Part shown: piece after piece, positions 9,608 to 20,159 of the stretch
How the letters are laid out: each line of letters starts with the position of its first letter
Position numbering within the stretch: the first letter of the stretch is position 1
Source: Nitrospira sp.
GTDB taxonomy: Bacteria; Nitrospirota; Nitrospiria; Nitrospirales; Nitrospiraceae
Assembly: GCA_047150005.1 (NCBI GenBank)
Contig: AP038806.1
Location: 3,296,001 to 3,360,000, forward strand
Direction of reading: 5' to 3'
DNA length: 64,000 nt
Translations under genes and position numbers: made by a program
The notes under the pieces: generated by a model
What the model saw: only the letters and a program-made list of their open reading frames with translations
Database searches by the model: none
Told to the model about the DNA's origin: nothing

Positions 9608-11074
9608 ATGGTGGAAAAATCTGTCGAGCCGCATGTCTTTGTGATTCTCGGGGCGACCGGGGACCTGACTCGCCGGAAGCTGATGCCGGCCCTCTTTCAT
9701 CTGCGTACGATGGGTAAACTCGACAAGCAGAACACGCTCATCGTCGGCGCCGCCATGCCGGAGATAAGCGAGGATGCCTTTCGCTTGTGGGTCTACGAAG
9801 GTCTGCGGAATTCCGGCGCCCCCGATTCGTCGGATCTGCGGCGGTGGTGCGACGACCATCTGCATTACCTCACCGTGCACGAAGGTTCGCTAGCGGACTA
9901 TAAGGCTCTGGCGGCCCTGGTGACCCGATTGGAGAAAGGCCGCCTGCAGCCGGCGAACCGGGTCTTTTACCTGGCGCTGCCGCCCACCGCCGTGCCGTCC
10001 ACCGTCGAACGGTTGGATCAGGCCGGCCTGTTGAAGAGCGACGGGTGGGTACGCGTCGTGTTCGAGAAACCGTTCGGTCACGACTTGTCCTCCGCGCAAG
10101 GGCTCAATGCGCTCCTGCACCGTCATCTCGCTGAGGCGCAAATCTACCGTATTGATCATTACCTTGGGAAAGAAACGGTCCAAAATCTTTTGGCGTTTCG
10201 ATTCGCGAACCCGATCTTCGAAGCTTTGTGGAATCGGGATATGGTGGAAAGCGTGCAGATCACGGTCGCCGAAGACCTCGGAGTCGAGCACCGCGGGAGC
10301 TACTATCAGGAGGCCGGGGCGCTGCGCGACATGGTGCAAAACCACCTGACCCAGCTGATGACCGTCGTGGCCATGGAAGTGCCGGTCTCTTTTGACGCGG
10401 CGGCGATCCAGGCCGAAAAACTGAAAGTCCTCCAGTCCATCGCGCCGATCGATCCGCGGGACGTGGCCTTCGGTCAATACACCGCATGGAATGTGGCAGG
10501 CCATGTGATCCCCGGTTACCGGCAGGAGCGTGGCGTGTCGTCGGACTCGACGACGGAAACGTTCGTCGCGATGAAGATGGACATTCACAACTGGCGATGG
10601 CGGGGCGTGCCGTTTTATCTACGGACCGGCAAACGGCTGCCCCGCAAGCTTACGCAAGTGGCCGTCACCTTCCGCCCCGCTCCCTTTCAGGTCTTCCGTT
10701 CGCTCGAACCGGGAAGCCTTGACTCCAACCGGCTGCTGATCACGTTGCAGCCCAACGAGGGATTCGCCCTGTGCTTCTCGGTCAAGACGCCGGCCAGACC
10801 GCTGAGTTTCACGTCCCAGTCGCTGCAGTTCGACTATGGCAGGGCGTTTGGGGGTGAATTGCCCGACGCTTATGAAACATTGCTCCGCGACGTGATGATC
10901 GGTGATCAGACCCTGTTCGTCAGCGCGGATTTCACGGAGACGGCCTGGCAACTCTATGATCCGCTGCTGGCCGGCAAACACGACGTGCACTTCTATACGG
11001 CCGGCTCTTGGGGGCCGAAGGAAGCGGATGTTGTCGTGGAACGCAACGGGCATCGCTGGCAGTTGGGGTGGTAG
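9608..11074 (+). CDS. zwf: Glucose-6-phosphate 1-dehydrogenase
   Basis: GATGDL, EKPFG, RIDHYLGKE, GVPFYLRTGK. Confidence 0.97.
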   Translation: MVEKSVEPHVFVILGATGDLTRRKLMPALFHLRTMGKLDKQNTLIVGAAMPEISEDAFRLWVYEGLRNSGAPDSSDLRRWCDDHLHYLTVHEGSLADYKALAALVTRLEKGRLQPANRVFYLALPPTAVPSTVERLDQAGLLKSDGWVRVVFEKPFGHDLSSAQGLNALLHRHLAEAQIYRIDHYLGKETVQNLLAFRFANPIFEALWNRDMVESVQITVAEDLGVEHRGSYYQEAGALRDMVQNHLTQLMTVVAMEVPVSFDAAAIQAEKLKVLQSIAPIDPRDVAFGQYTAWNVAGHVIPGYRQERGVSSDSTTETFVAMKMDIHNWRWRGVPFYLRTGKRLPRKLTQVAVTFRPAPFQVFRSLEPGSLDSNRLLITLQPNEGFALCFSVKTPARPLSFTSQSLQFDYGRAFGGELPDAYETLLRDVMIGDQTLFVSADFTETAWQLYDPLLAGKHDVHFYTAGSWGPKEADVVVERNGHRWQLGW

Positions 11075-11080
11075 GAGGTC

Positions 11081-12553
11081 ATGCCGGCCGAATCAGCCGC
11101 TTCCGTCACCACCAACATCCCTCAGCGCCTGGATCGTCTTCCCTGGTCGCGCTGGCATTGGCTGGTGGTCACCGCGCTGGGCGTGACCTGGCTCCTGGAC
11201 GGGCTGGAAGTCTCGATCGTCGCCTCGCTCGGGCCGATGTTGACGAGCACGTCGACGTTACATCTCACCGAATCCCAGGTCGGACTCACGGCCTCGGCCT
11301 ATCTCTTCGGATCCGTACTCGGCGCCCTGCTCTTCGCGTATCTCACGGACCGCCAAGGGCGAAAGAAATGGTTCATGATCACGCTGATGCTGTATCTGGG
11401 CGCCACCGTGCTGACCGCTCTCTCCTGGAACCTGGCGAGCTTCATGGTCTTTCGCTTTCTGACCGGTGCGGCCATCGGAGGCGAGTACGCGGCGATCAAT
11501 TCGGCCATCGACGAGCTGATTCCGGCGTCACGCCGGGGCCATACGGACCTGGCGATCAACGGCAGCTGGTGGCTGGGATCCGCCGGAGGCGCGCTCCTGA
11601 CCCTTGTCCTGCTGGACTCGGCCCTGTTCCCTGAATATCTCGGCTGGCGCCTCTGCTTTCTCTTCGGCGGTGTGCTCGGGGTGGGAGTGGCGCTGGTCCG
11701 GCGGTTGATCCCCGAAAGCCCCCGTTGGCTCATGACCCATGGTCGGGTTGCCGAAGCGGAGAGGGTGGTCTCCAGCATCGAGAGACAGGTGGTGCAGGAG
11801 CAGGGGCTGCTGCCGGAACCTCGGGGGACGCTCATCGTGCACCCGAGAACCCACGCCACGCCGGCGACAGTGGCACGGGAGCTCTTCGCGACCTATCCCA
11901 GACGGACGACGCTGGGCATTGCCCTCATGGTGACCCAATCCTTCATGTACAATGCGGTCTCCTTCACCTATCCGCTCCTCCTGACGAAGCACTATGCGGT
12001 GCCGGCCAACCGGGTTGGCTGGTACGTGGTGCCCTTCGCACTCGGCAATTTTTTGGGCCCCCTCTTGCTCGGTCGATGGTTCGACACGGTCGGGCGGAAA
12101 CCCATGATCACCCTGACCTATGCAGTGGCCGGTGCGCTCTTGGCCCTGACCGGCTACCTGTTTGCGCAGGGAGCCTTCACGCTCTCGACCCACATGGTGA
12201 TCTGGTCGCTCGTCTTTTTCTTTGCATCGGCGGGAGCCAGCGCCGCCTATTTGACGGTCAGTGAAATCTTCCCGATGGAAATCCGCGCGATGGCGATCGC
12301 CTTCTTCTTCATGATCGCCCAGGGGGCCGGCGTCCTCGCGCCTTGGCTGTACGGCAAGATGATCGAATCCTCAGTCGCCAGCGTCTCTTACGGGTATCTG
12401 ATGGGGGCGGGAATGATGTTCGCGGGGGCGGCGGCAGAACTCTGGCTTGGGGTGCAGGCCGAAGGGCGACCGCTTGAAGAGCTCGCCGCTCCTTTGTCGT
12501 CTCGAGGTACGACGGATAAGGCGGAACACGACATCAAGTCTGTACGGTCCTGA
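11081..12553 (+). CDS. MFS transporter (sugar-porter-like)
   Basis: About 12 TM segments, DRQGRK, PESPRWL, SEIFP motifs. Confidence 0.9.
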   Translation: MPAESAASVTTNIPQRLDRLPWSRWHWLVVTALGVTWLLDGLEVSIVASLGPMLTSTSTLHLTESQVGLTASAYLFGSVLGALLFAYLTDRQGRKKWFMITLMLYLGATVLTALSWNLASFMVFRFLTGAAIGGEYAAINSAIDELIPASRRGHTDLAINGSWWLGSAGGALLTLVLLDSALFPEYLGWRLCFLFGGVLGVGVALVRRLIPESPRWLMTHGRVAEAERVVSSIERQVVQEQGLLPEPRGTLIVHPRTHATPATVARELFATYPRRTTLGIALMVTQSFMYNAVSFTYPLLLTKHYAVPANRVGWYVVPFALGNFLGPLLLGRWFDTVGRKPMITLTYAVAGALLALTGYLFAQGAFTLSTHMVIWSLVFFFASAGASAAYLTVSEIFPMEIRAMAIAFFFMIAQGAGVLAPWLYGKMIESSVASVSYGYLMGAGMMFAGAAAELWLGVQAEGRPLEELAAPLSSRGTTDKAEHDIKSVRS

Positions 12554-12833
12554 TCCGATAGGGAGACGGTGTGTTCGTCGCCGATGGTAGGCAGGTCCCC
12601 GGCGCTCGTGTGATCCGAAATTGGAACGGATCAAGGCTACGGCGGGAGCCTGTCCCAAACAATATGTCGAAGGGGTGAGCGGCGAGCCTGCCGTGCCGCA
12701 CTTCGTGTGAGCCGGCGGCTCATCGGGCGCAGCCCATCCTCATGGTCGCCGCCGGAGAGACACCTTCGTCCCCCGAACCTCGTCGAAGCGGCATATCGGC
12801 GGTTCCAGTAGAAGTCTTCGTGAATAATGCGGG

Positions 12834-12971
12834 CTATGAGGGTTTCAACAGGCCCCCTCGCCGGACCGATCGACGGTGCATCACTTGCTCGCGGACCAGC
12901 GAGGCGACAATGAACAGGGGGACGGCCAGAAGAAAGAGATACCATGCGGCCCATACGGTGACGTCGCGCAT
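12834..12971 (-). CDS. 45-aa single-TM small protein (absent from ORF track)
   Basis: AAAGGAGGCCAT-ATG; MRDVTVWAAWYLFLLAVPLFIVASLVREQVMHRRSVRRGGLLKPS*. Confidence 0.6.
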   Translation of the reverse strand: MRDVTVWAAWYLFLLAVPLFIVASLVREQVMHRRSVRRGGLLKPS

Positions 12972-13252
12972 ATGGCCTCCTTTGCCTCTGGTGACCTACG
13001 CAATCACCGTACCGGAATGATCGTTGCGGGCATTGAGGATGCTTTTGTGCGAAGTTTCCGCTGGTTCAAGCCCTGTGCGCTGTCGAGTAATCGTTCGATG
13101 GCGCCCAAGCGTTGCGGTTGCCAGTCCACGAACGTCGCAAAAATACCACGTGGTGTGACCCTCCGATGACAGAGAGCCAGGGCATCGGGCTGCTTGCCTG
13201 GCAATCTTGGCGGGCGTAATATCGGAACCCTCACCTATTTAGAGGAGGTGCC

Positions 13253-14020
13253 ATGGCCGCCCGCACCATGTCCAGAAAACCTCGCCCTTCAATCGACCTC
13301 AGCATCGAGCGCATGCGAAAGCAGTTGGCGGATCTTGCGCAACATGTGAAGAAAAGAAAGCCGAGCCGCACCTTGGAGGAGTTTGATCAGGAAACCGTGC
13401 ATCTGATTGCCGATTCGCTCGGAGAATCCTCTCCGTTGGTGGACGCGTACGAGTATGCACAGTTGGGTGAGGCCGCAGGACTTGTCAACATGACGGAAGA
13501 AGCTCCGGAAAGTGTCGGTCTGGATAGCGAAAGACAAAGCCTGATGCAGCGGGGCAGAGTACTGGAAAGTTGCGTATCAGAATTGGAGGCCCGGCGAGCA
13601 GCAGTGCCCAAGAGACAATCCGGACGGCAGATTCTCACGGGACCGCAGGTGGCGGAACATATGTCCGCGCAATTGAGGAGTATTCCTCAGTCCGCCACGC
13701 TACGCGAAGCGGGCCAATTGATGCAGAAATGGAAAACCGGCTCTCTATTGGTGACCGACAGCCGGACTTACGTTGGATTGATTACGGATTCTGCTCTCGC
13801 GCGGGATGTCGTCGCCAACGGCCTTGACCCAACCAGGACTTCCGTGCAGACATGCGCGAGGACGCCGTTAGTCGCAATCCGCGGCGATCGTCCCCTCATT
13901 GAAGCGGTGCGGTTGATGAAAGAACAGGCCACGAGACATCTGGCAGTGGCGCAAGACGGGGAGATCATCGGGGTCATCTCCGTTTCGAATATTCTGCGGT
14001 ACTACTCGGGCGTCGTGTGA
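13253..14020 (+). CDS. CBS-domain pair protein with N-terminal helical extension
   Basis: Two CBS repeats (VAEHMS...GSLLV...VGLIT; RHLAV...IGVISV); RBS GAGGAGG. Confidence 0.85.
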   Translation: MAARTMSRKPRPSIDLSIERMRKQLADLAQHVKKRKPSRTLEEFDQETVHLIADSLGESSPLVDAYEYAQLGEAAGLVNMTEEAPESVGLDSERQSLMQRGRVLESCVSELEARRAAVPKRQSGRQILTGPQVAEHMSAQLRSIPQSATLREAGQLMQKWKTGSLLVTDSRTYVGLITDSALARDVVANGLDPTRTSVQTCARTPLVAIRGDRPLIEAVRLMKEQATRHLAVAQDGEIIGVISVSNILRYYSGVV

Positions 14021-14139
14021 CACAAAAAATGGGAGCTAACGGCGTATAGCCTATAGCACGAACGAACAAATTCTTGAACGCTCGTGCCGTACGTCATCAG
14101 CGATGTGACATAGGCTCTTATGAAGGGAGAGGAGGGACC

Positions 14140-14499
14140 ATGGGACCGACGAAAGCGATCATCAGGGATCAAGCCCTCTATGAAGCCGCTACGGGCAAAT
14201 TCATCAAGGACGGCTTCGCGAGCCGGCACGAAATCGAGGACTATGTCAAACATCATTATCTTGCCTTGCCGGTGATCGACAATGCGGGCAATGCCTGGCT
14301 GCTCGACGGCAAACCGATCTATTGCTATCGAGGCAGCCAATACGAAACGGTGGACGATCGACGCGTCCATCTGGCCCGTTGTCCGGACTGCGGAGGGATG
14401 GGGGTCAGGAGCGACGAATTTACCGTTGAATCCGATTGCATTCGCTGCGTGAGCTGCGGTCACGAGTTCGATGCGCGCTTGGAGATGATGGAGACGTGA
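14140..14499 (+). CDS. Hypothetical protein with C-terminal zinc ribbon
   Basis: CPDC...CVSCGHEF; RBS GAGGAGG. Confidence 0.75.
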   Translation: MGPTKAIIRDQALYEAATGKFIKDGFASRHEIEDYVKHHYLALPVIDNAGNAWLLDGKPIYCYRGSQYETVDDRRVHLARCPDCGGMGVRSDEFTVESDCIRCVSCGHEFDARLEMMET

Positions 14500-14593
14500 G
14501 GGGAGAGACAGGCAAGTTCTCGAAGAACCGTGCGGGGAAGCCGGACCGCAGCTCTTGGAGAATGTACAACACGCGAGCTGAGAAGGAGGCACC

Positions 14594-15625
14594 TTGTCGC
14601 AGGGGATCGATCGCCGACAGGCGCTGAGGTTACTCGGTTTAGCCGGTTCGGCGTTCGCTTTCGGAGGTTCTTCCGGGCTGGTTGATTTGCTTGCGCCGGC
14701 GCCTTCTTTGGCCGGTCCTTCCACGGGAAACATTCCCACTCGTGCCTTGGGAAAGACCGGCGTTCAGGTTTCGGCGATCTGTTTCGGAGGAGCCCATTTG
14801 GGTCGCGTCGAGGACGATGCGGAGGCCGTTCGGCTCCTCCATGAGGCCATCGACAGCGGGATCAACTTCCTGGACAATGCGTGGGAATACCATAGGGGAC
14901 GGTCCGAGGAGCTGATGGGAAAGGGGCTCCAAGGGCGTAGGCAGCAGGTCGTCTTGATGACCAAGCTCTGCTCGCATGGACGGGACAAGCATGTGGCGAT
15001 ACAGCAGCTTGAGGAGTCCCTGCGACGCCTCAAAACGGACTATCTGGATCTCTGGCAAATCCACGAAGTCGTGTATGACGACGATCCAGACCGGCATTTT
15101 GCCGAGGGAGGAGCCGCTGAGGCTCTGCTCCAGGCCAAACAGCAGGGCAAGGTGCGGTTTATCGGATTCACCGGCCACAAGCACCCTCGAATCCATCTGA
15201 AGATGCTCTCGCGCGATTTTCCGTTCGATACTTGTCAGATACCGCTGAATGTCTTCGATGCCACCTATCGAAGCTTCGAACAAGAGGTCCTTCCGGTGCT
15301 GAATCAGCGCGGCATCGCCCCCATCGGCATGAAAAGCCTGAGCGGAAGCGCCGAGCCCATCAAGCAGGGCATTCTCACGCCGGAAGAAGCGCTGCGGTAT
15401 GTATTGACGCTGCCGATCGCGTCCCTCGTGAGCGGGATGGATTCCAAGCAGGTCCTTCGACAGAATCTCGACATTGCCCGCCGGTTCAGTCCCCTCTCGG
15501 CCGTCGAAATGGAGGCCCTGCGGACGCGCGTGACTCGGTATGCTGTGGACGGCCGGTTCGAACTGTTCAAGTCCACAAATCGATATGACGGCCGGATCGG
15601 CCGTGAACAGCACGGACTCCCATGA
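14594..15625 (+). CDS. Aldo/keto reductase with Tat signal peptide
   Basis: DRRQAL twin-Arg; DNAWEY, TK, DYLDLWQIH, GKVRFIGFTGH; TTG start after AAGGAGG. Confidence 0.9.
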   Translation: MSQGIDRRQALRLLGLAGSAFAFGGSSGLVDLLAPAPSLAGPSTGNIPTRALGKTGVQVSAICFGGAHLGRVEDDAEAVRLLHEAIDSGINFLDNAWEYHRGRSEELMGKGLQGRRQQVVLMTKLCSHGRDKHVAIQQLEESLRRLKTDYLDLWQIHEVVYDDDPDRHFAEGGAAEALLQAKQQGKVRFIGFTGHKHPRIHLKMLSRDFPFDTCQIPLNVFDATYRSFEQEVLPVLNQRGIAPIGMKSLSGSAEPIKQGILTPEEALRYVLTLPIASLVSGMDSKQVLRQNLDIARRFSPLSAVEMEALRTRVTRYAVDGRFELFKSTNRYDGRIGREQHGLP

Positions 15626-15730
15626 CGGCCGCGACGGACCTCTCTTGCCCACGTTGGCGGCGTGATTCATGACGGCGGTGGGGGCGTTGCGCGCGTCGGT
15701 TCACCACTTCTGAAGAAGAAAGGGAGGAGC

Positions 15731-16744
15731 ATGGCGGCTCATCGGGTCAATCCAGCGAAGATTATGGAGATTGGGCTCGGATTTTTGGCTTCGAAGGCGC
15801 TGCTGAGCGCCGTGGAATTGGGACTCTTTACCGAGCTTCGAAAAGGTCCGTTGGAAGGAGAGGTGTTGAGAACGAGGTTGGGCCTCCACCAGCGAAGCGC
15901 GCGGGATTTCTTCGACGCGTTGGTGGCGCTGGGTCTGCTCAAACGCACCGGAATGCGGTACGCCAATACCGCGGACGCGGCATTCTTCCTCGATCGGACG
16001 AAACCGTCGTACGTCGGTGGGATCCTGGAGATGGCCAATGCGCGGCTCTACCGGTTCTGGGGGGCGCTCACCGAGGGGCTGCGCACCGGCACGCCGCAGA
16101 ACGAAGCCACGACCGGGGATGATTTTTTCGGGACGCTCTATGCCGATCCGTTCCGGCTCGAGAACTTTCTCAAGGCCATGACCGGCCTCAGCCTGGGAAC
16201 CGCCCAGGTTCTTGCGCGAACATTTCCCTGGAAACGTTACCGGACGTTCGTCGACGTCGGCTGTGCTCAGGGCGGGGTTGCCGGAGAAATCGCTTTGGCG
16301 CACGAGCATCTCACCGGCGCCGGCATGGATCTGCCGGTCGTTCAGCCGGTGTTCGACGCCTATGTGAAGGGCAAAGGCCTCGATCGACGGCTGCGGTTCC
16401 ACCCGGGCGATTTCTTCAAGGATCCGCTGCCTCGGACCGATGTATTGATCATGGGGCATATTCTCCACGATTGGAACCTGGACGAGAAGATGATGTTACT
16501 GCGAAAGGCTTACGAGGCGTTGGCTCCCGGCGGCGCGTTGATCGTGCACGAGGCCTTGATCGACGATGCGAGGAAGACGAACGCCTTCGGTCTGCTGATG
16601 AGCCTGAACATGCTGATCGAGACCCCGGGTGGCTTCGACTTTACCGGGGCTGATTGCTGTAAATGGATGAAGGAGGTCGGATTCAAGCGCACGAAGGTGG
16701 AGCGTCTGGCCGGTCCGGACGGTATGGTCGTGGGAGTGAAGTGA
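15731..16744 (+). CDS. SAM-dependent O-methyltransferase (family 2, ASMT-like)
   Basis: N-terminal dimerisation [24 protein letters not shown]. Confidence 0.9.
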   Translation: MAAHRVNPAKIMEIGLGFLASKALLSAVELGLFTELRKGPLEGEVLRTRLGLHQRSARDFFDALVALGLLKRTGMRYANTADAAFFLDRTKPSYVGGILEMANARLYRFWGALTEGLRTGTPQNEATTGDDFFGTLYADPFRLENFLKAMTGLSLGTAQVLARTFPWKRYRTFVDVGCAQGGVAGEIALAHEHLTGAGMDLPVVQPVFDAYVKGKGLDRRLRFHPGDFFKDPLPRTDVLIMGHILHDWNLDEKMMLLRKAYEALAPGGALIVHEALIDDARKTNAFGLLMSLNMLIETPGGFDFTGADCCKWMKEVGFKRTKVERLAGPDGMVVGVK

Positions 16745-16747
16745 GCG

Positions 16748-17467
16748 ATGTTGCGGCTGAAGGGCAAGGTCGCGATCGTCACGGGCAGCAGCAGCGGGAT
16801 CGGCAAGGCGATCGCGCTGCGGTTCGGCCGCGAGGGGGCCAAGGTGGTGGTGGCGGCAAGGAGAGTGGCACGTTGCGAGGAGACCGTGGCGTCGATCGCC
16901 CGATCGGGCGGAGAGGCCTGCGCGATTCAAACCGACGTGTCCAACGAGTCCCAAGTCGAGGCGCTCTTGGCCGAGACGGTCAAGCGGTGGGGCCGCGTCG
17001 ATCTGCTGGTCAACAATGCGGGGATCGGCGGCGGCGGTCGGCTGGCCGATACCACGACGAAAGCCTTCGACGAGGTCATGAACGTCAATCTTAGGGGGAC
17101 CTTCTTGTGTTGCCGCGCCGGTTTTAATTGGATGAAGCAGCAACATGGAGGGATCATCATCAATATCTCCAGCGTGGCGGGACTGCAAGCCTGGTCCGGC
17201 ACCGGCACATATAGCGCGTCGAAACACGGCATCATGGCCTTGACGAAAGCGCTGGCCGACGAGGGCCGTCCCCACGGCATTAAAGTCAGCGCAATCTGTC
17301 CGGGCGGAGTCGCGGACGAATTGGTCGATGCGTCGCCTGAGGAGATTCTCCGTAGCGAGAAGATCAATCCGTTCGATGTGGCGGAAACCGCCCTCTACCT
17401 GGCATCGCTCGGGCCGCACGCGACCGTCCATCAGATCGTCATCGATCGACTCGGAGCAGACTGGTAG
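16748..17467 (+). CDS. SDR family oxidoreductase
   Basis: TGSSSGIG, NNAG, YSASK. Confidence 0.93.
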   Translation: MLRLKGKVAIVTGSSSGIGKAIALRFGREGAKVVVAARRVARCEETVASIARSGGEACAIQTDVSNESQVEALLAETVKRWGRVDLLVNNAGIGGGGRLADTTTKAFDEVMNVNLRGTFLCCRAGFNWMKQQHGGIIINISSVAGLQAWSGTGTYSASKHGIMALTKALADEGRPHGIKVSAICPGGVADELVDASPEEILRSEKINPFDVAETALYLASLGPHATVHQIVIDRLGADW

Positions 17468-17487
17468 AGGAGAGGGAGACGAGCCCA

Positions 17488-17760
17488 ATGCGAGGTACGA
17501 TACGATCCGGCGCCTTCGTCGGAGTCCCTCTCGTGCTGATCCTGTCTGGACTATCCTCCGGCTGCGGATTGATGATGATCGGGCCGCCGGCGGAGAAGAT
17601 CGATGTCGAGTCCGGAACCAACGAACAGAAAAACCTTGAAGCGATACGGGCGATGCAGGCCGATCCGCCCGGCCGATCGGCTCCGGCCATCTCTTCCCCG
17701 CACGAATCGAGACCCTGTACGACGGACAGTGTTGGCGGACAGCGGTGCGGGGAGCGGTAG
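17488..17760 (+). CDS. Small putative lipoprotein
   Basis: Hydrophobic signal with SSGC lipobox-like site; C-terminal C-x9-C. Confidence 0.55.
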   Translation: MRGTIRSGAFVGVPLVLILSGLSSGCGLMMIGPPAEKIDVESGTNEQKNLEAIRAMQADPPGRSAPAISSPHESRPCTTDSVGGQRCGER

Positions 17761-17783
17761 ACAGGTGTGAGCAGGCTGCAAGG

Positions 17784-18275
17784 GTGGCAGGTCGCGCGAA
17801 AACCTCGAAGACCAGCGCCGGCATTCTCTTGTACCGGAGGCGCACCTCCGGGGTTGAGGTCTTTCTCGCGCATCCGGGAGGCCCGTTTTGGGCTCGCAAG
17901 GACGACGGAGCCTGGTCGCTTCCTAAGGGAGAGTACGATTCCGAGGAGGATCCGCTCATGGCGGCGCGGCGGGAATTCACCGAGGAAACCGGCCTGACGC
18001 TGCAAGGTCCGTTTAGGACCCTGGGCCCGCTCAAGCAGCCGGGAGGCAAGACGATTATGGCCTACGCGGTGGAAGGAGACGCCGATGCTGCATCGATCGT
18101 GAGCAATACGTTCACGCTCGAATGGCCTCCGCGGTCCGGCAAGCTTCGTCGATTCCCTGAGATTGATCGTGCCGGATGGTTTGAACTGGAAGCCGCGCGC
18201 GAAAAATTGTTGCCCGGGCAGCGCCCGTTCCTTGATCGTCTGAAAGAGTCGGTTACGGAGTGGGCAAGAGGATGA
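17784..18275 (+). CDS. NUDIX hydrolase (COG4119-like)
   Basis: SAGILLYR, HPGGPFW, Nudix box GEYDSEEDPLMAARREFTEETG, FPEIDR. Confidence 0.9.
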   Translation: MAGRAKTSKTSAGILLYRRRTSGVEVFLAHPGGPFWARKDDGAWSLPKGEYDSEEDPLMAARREFTEETGLTLQGPFRTLGPLKQPGGKTIMAYAVEGDADAASIVSNTFTLEWPPRSGKLRRFPEIDRAGWFELEAAREKLLPGQRPFLDRLKESVTEWARG

Positions 18276-18503
18276 ACGCAATGTCAGCTCGGTGACAAGG
18301 ACGAATCACAGGAGGGATCATATTTGGTGCGGAGCGAGTGGGTGGTGTCGTGAAGCTCCTTGGCGTAATTATAGCCTCAACGGCGGAAGTGCTTGCAGTC
18401 GAGTGATCCACTGACATCGCCCAAGCCGACTTGAGGCCGGCGCGAAGACTGCTATCCGCCACGGATCTTCCATGATAGGACGGTTACCAGTCCGGAAACT
18501 GCT

Positions 18504-19355
18504 CTAGGTGCGGCCGAGGCCGTGGACGGTCTTGGCGAGGTCGTCGAGCTTGGTGACTACGTGGCGCCGCTGCTCCGCGGTCGCCAGCCGATCGATCGCC
18601 AGGAGCAGGTCCCCGATGCGTACTTTGAACTGGCGCAACAGCTCTCGGAACTCCGGATCGGCCGTCTTGTCTTGATTCACCAACCATTCGTTCACGCGTC
18701 CGGGAGTGTCTTCGTTTCGCCTCGATTCGACCAGGGTGATGAGTTGCCGATTGCGTTCCATCTGATGCGCGTACCAGGACGGCAGAATGTCCGGTAAGTT
18801 CATCGCGGCCCTGGCAATGTCCCGTTCTTGCGAGGGGGAGAGATCTCCCAGCCACTCGCGCGCCAATGACAGGATCCGTTCGGTGCGCTTCGTCAGCCTC
18901 GTGGGGCGATCGTCATGCAAGAGTGCTTCTTCTTTCGAGAGGCGCGCCTGCAGGGATTGCTTGAGATGCGGAATCTGAGGATCGTTCACCAGGCGGATGA
19001 ATTCAGCTCCGTCCGCTGAGAATCGGCCAAAGAGGTCGGCCCTCAACCGATCATACTCCGCGGCCGCCCATTCGACGTCGACATCGGTCAAGCCACGCTG
19101 CACCCTGGCGGCCATTTCATGCAACACCGTTTCATACTCGGGGAGGGCCTCCCGGCGATGACGGTTCAGGATCCCGTTCAAGCGGGAAGAAACGAATGAA
19201 CGTTGCGAGCGGTTGAGATCGAAGTAGCCGTCGATCTGATGCGTGATCAGCCAATCCGCATGGTTGTAAAGGAGCGACGTGGCGCAGCCGGTGAGGATCG
19301 CCGGTACGAGCAAGCTTGCTGCGAGGAGGAAAGAGAAGAGTCGCGATCTGTTCAT
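18504..19355 (-). CDS. Lipoprotein, DUF6279-like
   Basis: LTGC lipobox; LLYNHADWLI...YFDL...HRREALP. Confidence 0.7.
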   Translation of the reverse strand: MNRSRLFSFLLAASLLVPAILTGCATSLLYNHADWLITHQIDGYFDLNRSQRSFVSSRLNGILNRHRREALPEYETVLHEMAARVQRGLTDVDVEWAAAEYDRLRADLFGRFSADGAEFIRLVNDPQIPHLKQSLQARLSKEEALLHDDRPTRLTKRTERILSLAREWLGDLSPSQERDIARAAMNLPDILPSWYAHQMERNRQLITLVESRRNEDTPGRVNEWLVNQDKTADPEFRELLRQFKVRIGDLLLAIDRLATAEQRRHVVTKLDDLAKTVHGLGRT

Positions 19356-19527
19356 GTGGTGTTCGGTCGGGTCACGGCTCGTTCGATCGAGACGGTGAAT
19401 AGCCCATCTAGCCTAACACACGCGGCCGATCACCGCCATGTGGGATTGGGAATGCAAGCTGCAGCGCCCGTCCCATGCGCGTGCCGGCTTTGAAGGCTCA
19501 GATTATGGCATGTCGTGGCATGAGGCG

Positions 19528-19556
19528 TTGACAGATCCGGATCAACTGGGTAGCTT
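19528..19556 (+). promoter_or_regulatory. Sigma70-type promoter of the DoxX gene
   Basis: TTGACA-17 bp-TAGCTT; GATCCGGATC palindrome in the spacer. Confidence 0.6.
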
Positions 19557-19619
19557 GAGACATCCTCCGTGTCATGATCAATGGCTCCATCTCTACCGAA
19601 CTCTACCGAGGAGGTGAGT

Positions 19620-20009
19620 ATGCCCCCGATCCCGCAGGCCTATGCCCAACAGACCTATGCCCTCATGCGCATCGTAGCCGGATTCCTGTTTTTGTGGCAC
19701 GGCACGCAGAAGCTGTTCAGTATCCCGATGCCGCCGCCTCCGCAGGTTCCCTCCATCGTGATCGCCATCGCCGGCCCGATCGAGCTGATCGGAGGCACGA
19801 TGGTCATGATCGGACTGTTCACCCGCTGGGCCGCCTTTCTCTGCAGCGGGCTCATGGCATTCGCCTATTGGATGGCTCACGGCCTCCAGGCACCATTGCC
19901 GATTCAAAATATGGGCGAGCTGGCCGCCCTGTACTGCTTCGTGTTTCTCTACATCTCTGCTCAAGGGTCCGGGATCTGGAGCGTGGACGCCGCCAGGTCG
20001 CCTTCCTGA
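19620..20009 (+). CDS. DoxX family membrane protein
   Basis: LMRIVAGFLFLWHGTQKLF, GLFTRWAAF, GSGIWSVD. Confidence 0.92.
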   Translation: MPPIPQAYAQQTYALMRIVAGFLFLWHGTQKLFSIPMPPPPQVPSIVIAIAGPIELIGGTMVMIGLFTRWAAFLCSGLMAFAYWMAHGLQAPLPIQNMGELAALYCFVFLYISAQGSGIWSVDAARSPS

Positions 20010-20159
20010 TCGAGATCGGTCCTTCGTCGTGAGACCGCATGTGCGCCGGTGATTCGGAGCGACCCAAGGCTCACCCGGCGCGGATCGAGCCGCGTGATGC
20101 TTCGCTCGTTTTGCCGTGAGCTTGATAGAATGAGAGGAAGTGAAGGAGCATCGTAGAGG

